64,000 bases of DNA from Patescibacteria group bacterium (GTDB lineage: Bacteria; Patescibacteriota; Patescibacteriia; JBDRGY01), in the NCBI GenBank assembly GCA_043817315.1, contig JBDRGY010000006.1:18077-82076 (forward strand). Direction: 5' to 3'. Under the pieces are notes generated by a model. That model was given only the letters and a program-made list of their open reading frames with translations. It searched no databases and was not told where the DNA came from. The translations under genes and the position numbers were made by a program. Shown in pieces: positions 63,862 through 64,000 of this stretch; positions within the stretch are counted from its first letter, which is position 1; each line of letters begins with the position of its first letter.

Positions 63862-64000
63862 AAGGAAATTATTTGTTGTTATCAGGAGTAAATATAACAG
63901 AAATTGCCTTAAAAATCAACTTGTTTTTATTACTTAACTGCCGTATACTGAAATAGAAAATTAAGAAAAATAAATGCCCATCCTAGACGACATCAAGACA

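Noticed and set aside
1-64000. CRISPR arrays, IS elements or prophage genes
   Set aside because: No regularly spaced direct repeats, transposase/integrase-like ORFs or phage structural genes were seen anywhere in the window.

Overview
This 64-kb window reads as a small, AT-leaning bacterial chromosome segment, about 38-45% G+C by hand counts of sampled lines, with a Patescibacteria/CPR-like gene repertoire (inference from content). It spans the replication origin: the rpmH-rnpA-yidD-yidC operon on the minus strand faces dnaA-dnaN-dciA on the plus strand, with DnaA-box clusters on both sides of dnaA. Other housekeeping genes: ftsH (3' part), an RluA-family pseudouridine synthase, rplS, queA, ruvB, tsaD, valS, a PilB/GspE ATPase, a DHH phosphoesterase, tsaE, a class A PBP, ruvC-yebC. 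Six tRNA genes are present: Ile-UAU, Val-GAC, Leu-GAG, Val-UAC, Ala-UGC and Glu-UUC. Two accessory blocks stand out by function: a surface-glycan cluster at 6466-13163 (two O-antigen-ligase-like proteins, GT39, GT4, Wzx) and an alpha-glucan/glycogen cluster at 52077-62670 (ROK kinase, GalT-like, two GlgA, two GH57, GH15, PHP, APH-like kinase). Several compositionally deviant segments deserve a closer look: (a) a ~470-nt, very GC-rich non-coding island at 17113-17583 with its own promoter and intrinsic terminator, not assignable to RNase P, tmRNA or SRP RNA by motif; (b) a GC-rich two-gene cassette at 5774-6406 with its own promoter, strong SDs and terminator, between cell-wall genes; (c) a GC-elevated five-gene cluster at 25910-31094 beside tRNA-Glu (GpgS-like GT81, DegT aminotransferase, DeoB-like phosphomutase, Gfo/Idh/MocA oxidoreductase, SAM methyltransferase), which looks like an undescribed amino-sugar glycoside pathway; (d) a T-box leader in front of valS; (e) a rod-like sRNA candidate at 22240-22381; (f) a GC-rich element at 50706-50965 next to an unassignable 373-aa protein. 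All coordinates and product calls come from reading the sequence and the ORF translations. No database searches were run.
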